NCBI GenBank assembly: GCA_950097015.1 | Contig: CATNEN010000033.1 | Location: 1,364,001-1,428,000, forward strand | Source: Macrostomum hystrix | Taxonomy: Eukaryota; Animalia; Platyhelminthes | Direction of reading: 5' to 3' | Length of the DNA: 64,000 nt | Shown here: positions 62,966 to 64,000 of the stretch, piece by piece | How positions within the stretch are numbered: the stretch's first letter is position 1 | How the letters are laid out: each line of letters starts with the position of its first letter | Notes under the pieces: model-generated | The model's database searches: none | What the model saw: the letters and a program-made list of their open reading frames with translations, nothing else | Told to the model about the DNA's origin: nothing | Translations under genes and position numbers: made by a program

Positions 62966-63460
62966 ACCTTATACAGGCAGGACAGTGTTGGACCAAGTTT
63001 GAAGCACCTTGCAATTGTGGACTGCCAGAATGACGCCATGGCGGTTTTTCCCGCAACCCGGGCTGTGATGACAAAACTGGGGAGCTGCTGAAAATTTGGT
63101 TTCCAGTTTTGTTCAGAAAATGTATTTTCGCAATTACGAAATCCGTAATGCACTACTGACAAAATACAAGTAGTAAAATGAAGTTTCTAGCGCTTTCATC
63201 CAGACTAGTAAAATTGGAAATTAGTAAAAAGCGATGAGTTTTTACGTTTATTTTATAGGATGAAAAAATACGCACCCCAAATGAGGACACGTTTCTTGAC
63301 TCTTGTGTGACAGCCTTCAGTACGCCCTCACAATCAGCCATCACCTGAATATTCAGATTCCTTGCTGTGTCCAGCATCGTCTGGATTTCATGGTCGTATT
63401 CGGCTGTTGTTTGGCTGCAATGCAACCGATTCATATTTTGTGCTTTGCGCATCATCAACG
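62966..63460 (-). CDS. Possible internal exons of an unidentified gene entering from the right edge
   Basis: Open frames 'TTAEYDHEIQTMLDTARNLNIQVMADCEG..SSFG' and 'QLPSFVITAR..CLYK' end at GT donors. No domain recognised. Confidence 0.3.
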
Positions 63461-63504
63461 ATACATTATTAGCAACCCACTACCCCTCCGAAGAATGAGA
63501 CTAG

Positions 63505-63903
63505 GCTAGCAATCCATTTTATCACTCCGTGAATGAGACTAGACTAGCAATCCATTTTATCACTCCGTGAATGAGACTAGACTAGCAATCCATTTTATCA
63601 CTCCGTGAATGAGACTAGACTAGCAATCCATTTTATCACTCCGTGAATGAGACTAGGCTAGCAATCCATTTTATCACTCCGTGAATGAGACTAGACTAGC
63701 AATCCATTTTATCACTCCGTGAATGAGACTAGACTAGCAATCCATTTTATCACTCCGTGAATGAGACTAGACTAGCAATCCATTTTATCACTCCGTGAAT
63801 GAGACTAGACTAGCAATCCATTTTATCACTCCGTGAATGAGACTAGACTAGCAATCCATTTTATCACTCCGTGAATGAGACTAGACTAGCAATCCATTTT
63901 ATC
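63505..63903. repeat. 38-bp minisatellite GAGACTAGACTAGCAATCCATTTTATCACTCCGTGAAT
   Basis: About 10 near-identical units with no unique spacers. Confidence 0.97.
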
Positions 63904-64000
63904 GCCGCATCAATGCATCACATCGGCCTCACATCAGCAGGCGGTTGCCTTCTCCAGCTGCAGGATGGACAAGATGTCGCTGGCTAAATTGCAGCTGCTG

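Noticed and set aside
63505-63903. 38-bp (and 33/34-bp) repeats as CRISPR arrays
   Set aside because: Units are contiguous with no unique spacers, there are no cas genes, and the context is eukaryotic.

Overview
Eukaryotic (metazoan) genomic DNA with GT-AG introns, GC-rich exons and a very high load of short-period tandem repeats. The style suggests a flatworm such as Macrostomum, but this is inference only. Host genes: a tandem-DCX doublecortin-domain gene, a small secreted three-finger/Ly6-like protein, a divergent DEG/ENaC channel, a multi-exon HUNK-like AMPK-related kinase, two tandem paralogues of a single-pass Pro/Tyr/Gln-tail membrane protein, a frameshifted beta-tubulin and a secreted multi-EGF protein. 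Mobile DNA: a decayed mariner fused tail-to-tail to a 3'-truncated Ingi-like LINE, a full-length intact LOA-clade LINE with a 14-bp TSD, four copies of a tRNA-derived SINE, and Helitron-like non-autonomous repeats. The main discovery is that both LINEs carry HDV-like self-cleaving ribozyme folds at their 5' ends, identified by manual base-pairing. In the LOA element the predicted cleavage site falls exactly on the TSD-defined first base. That element also has ORF1 and ORF2 in one frame separated by a single UAG plus a hairpin (possible readthrough), and a duplicated covarying RNA motif in its 5' UTR. Several +1 frameshifts right of about 49 kb look like long-read consensus errors and should be treated with caution. 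No databases or folding software were run.
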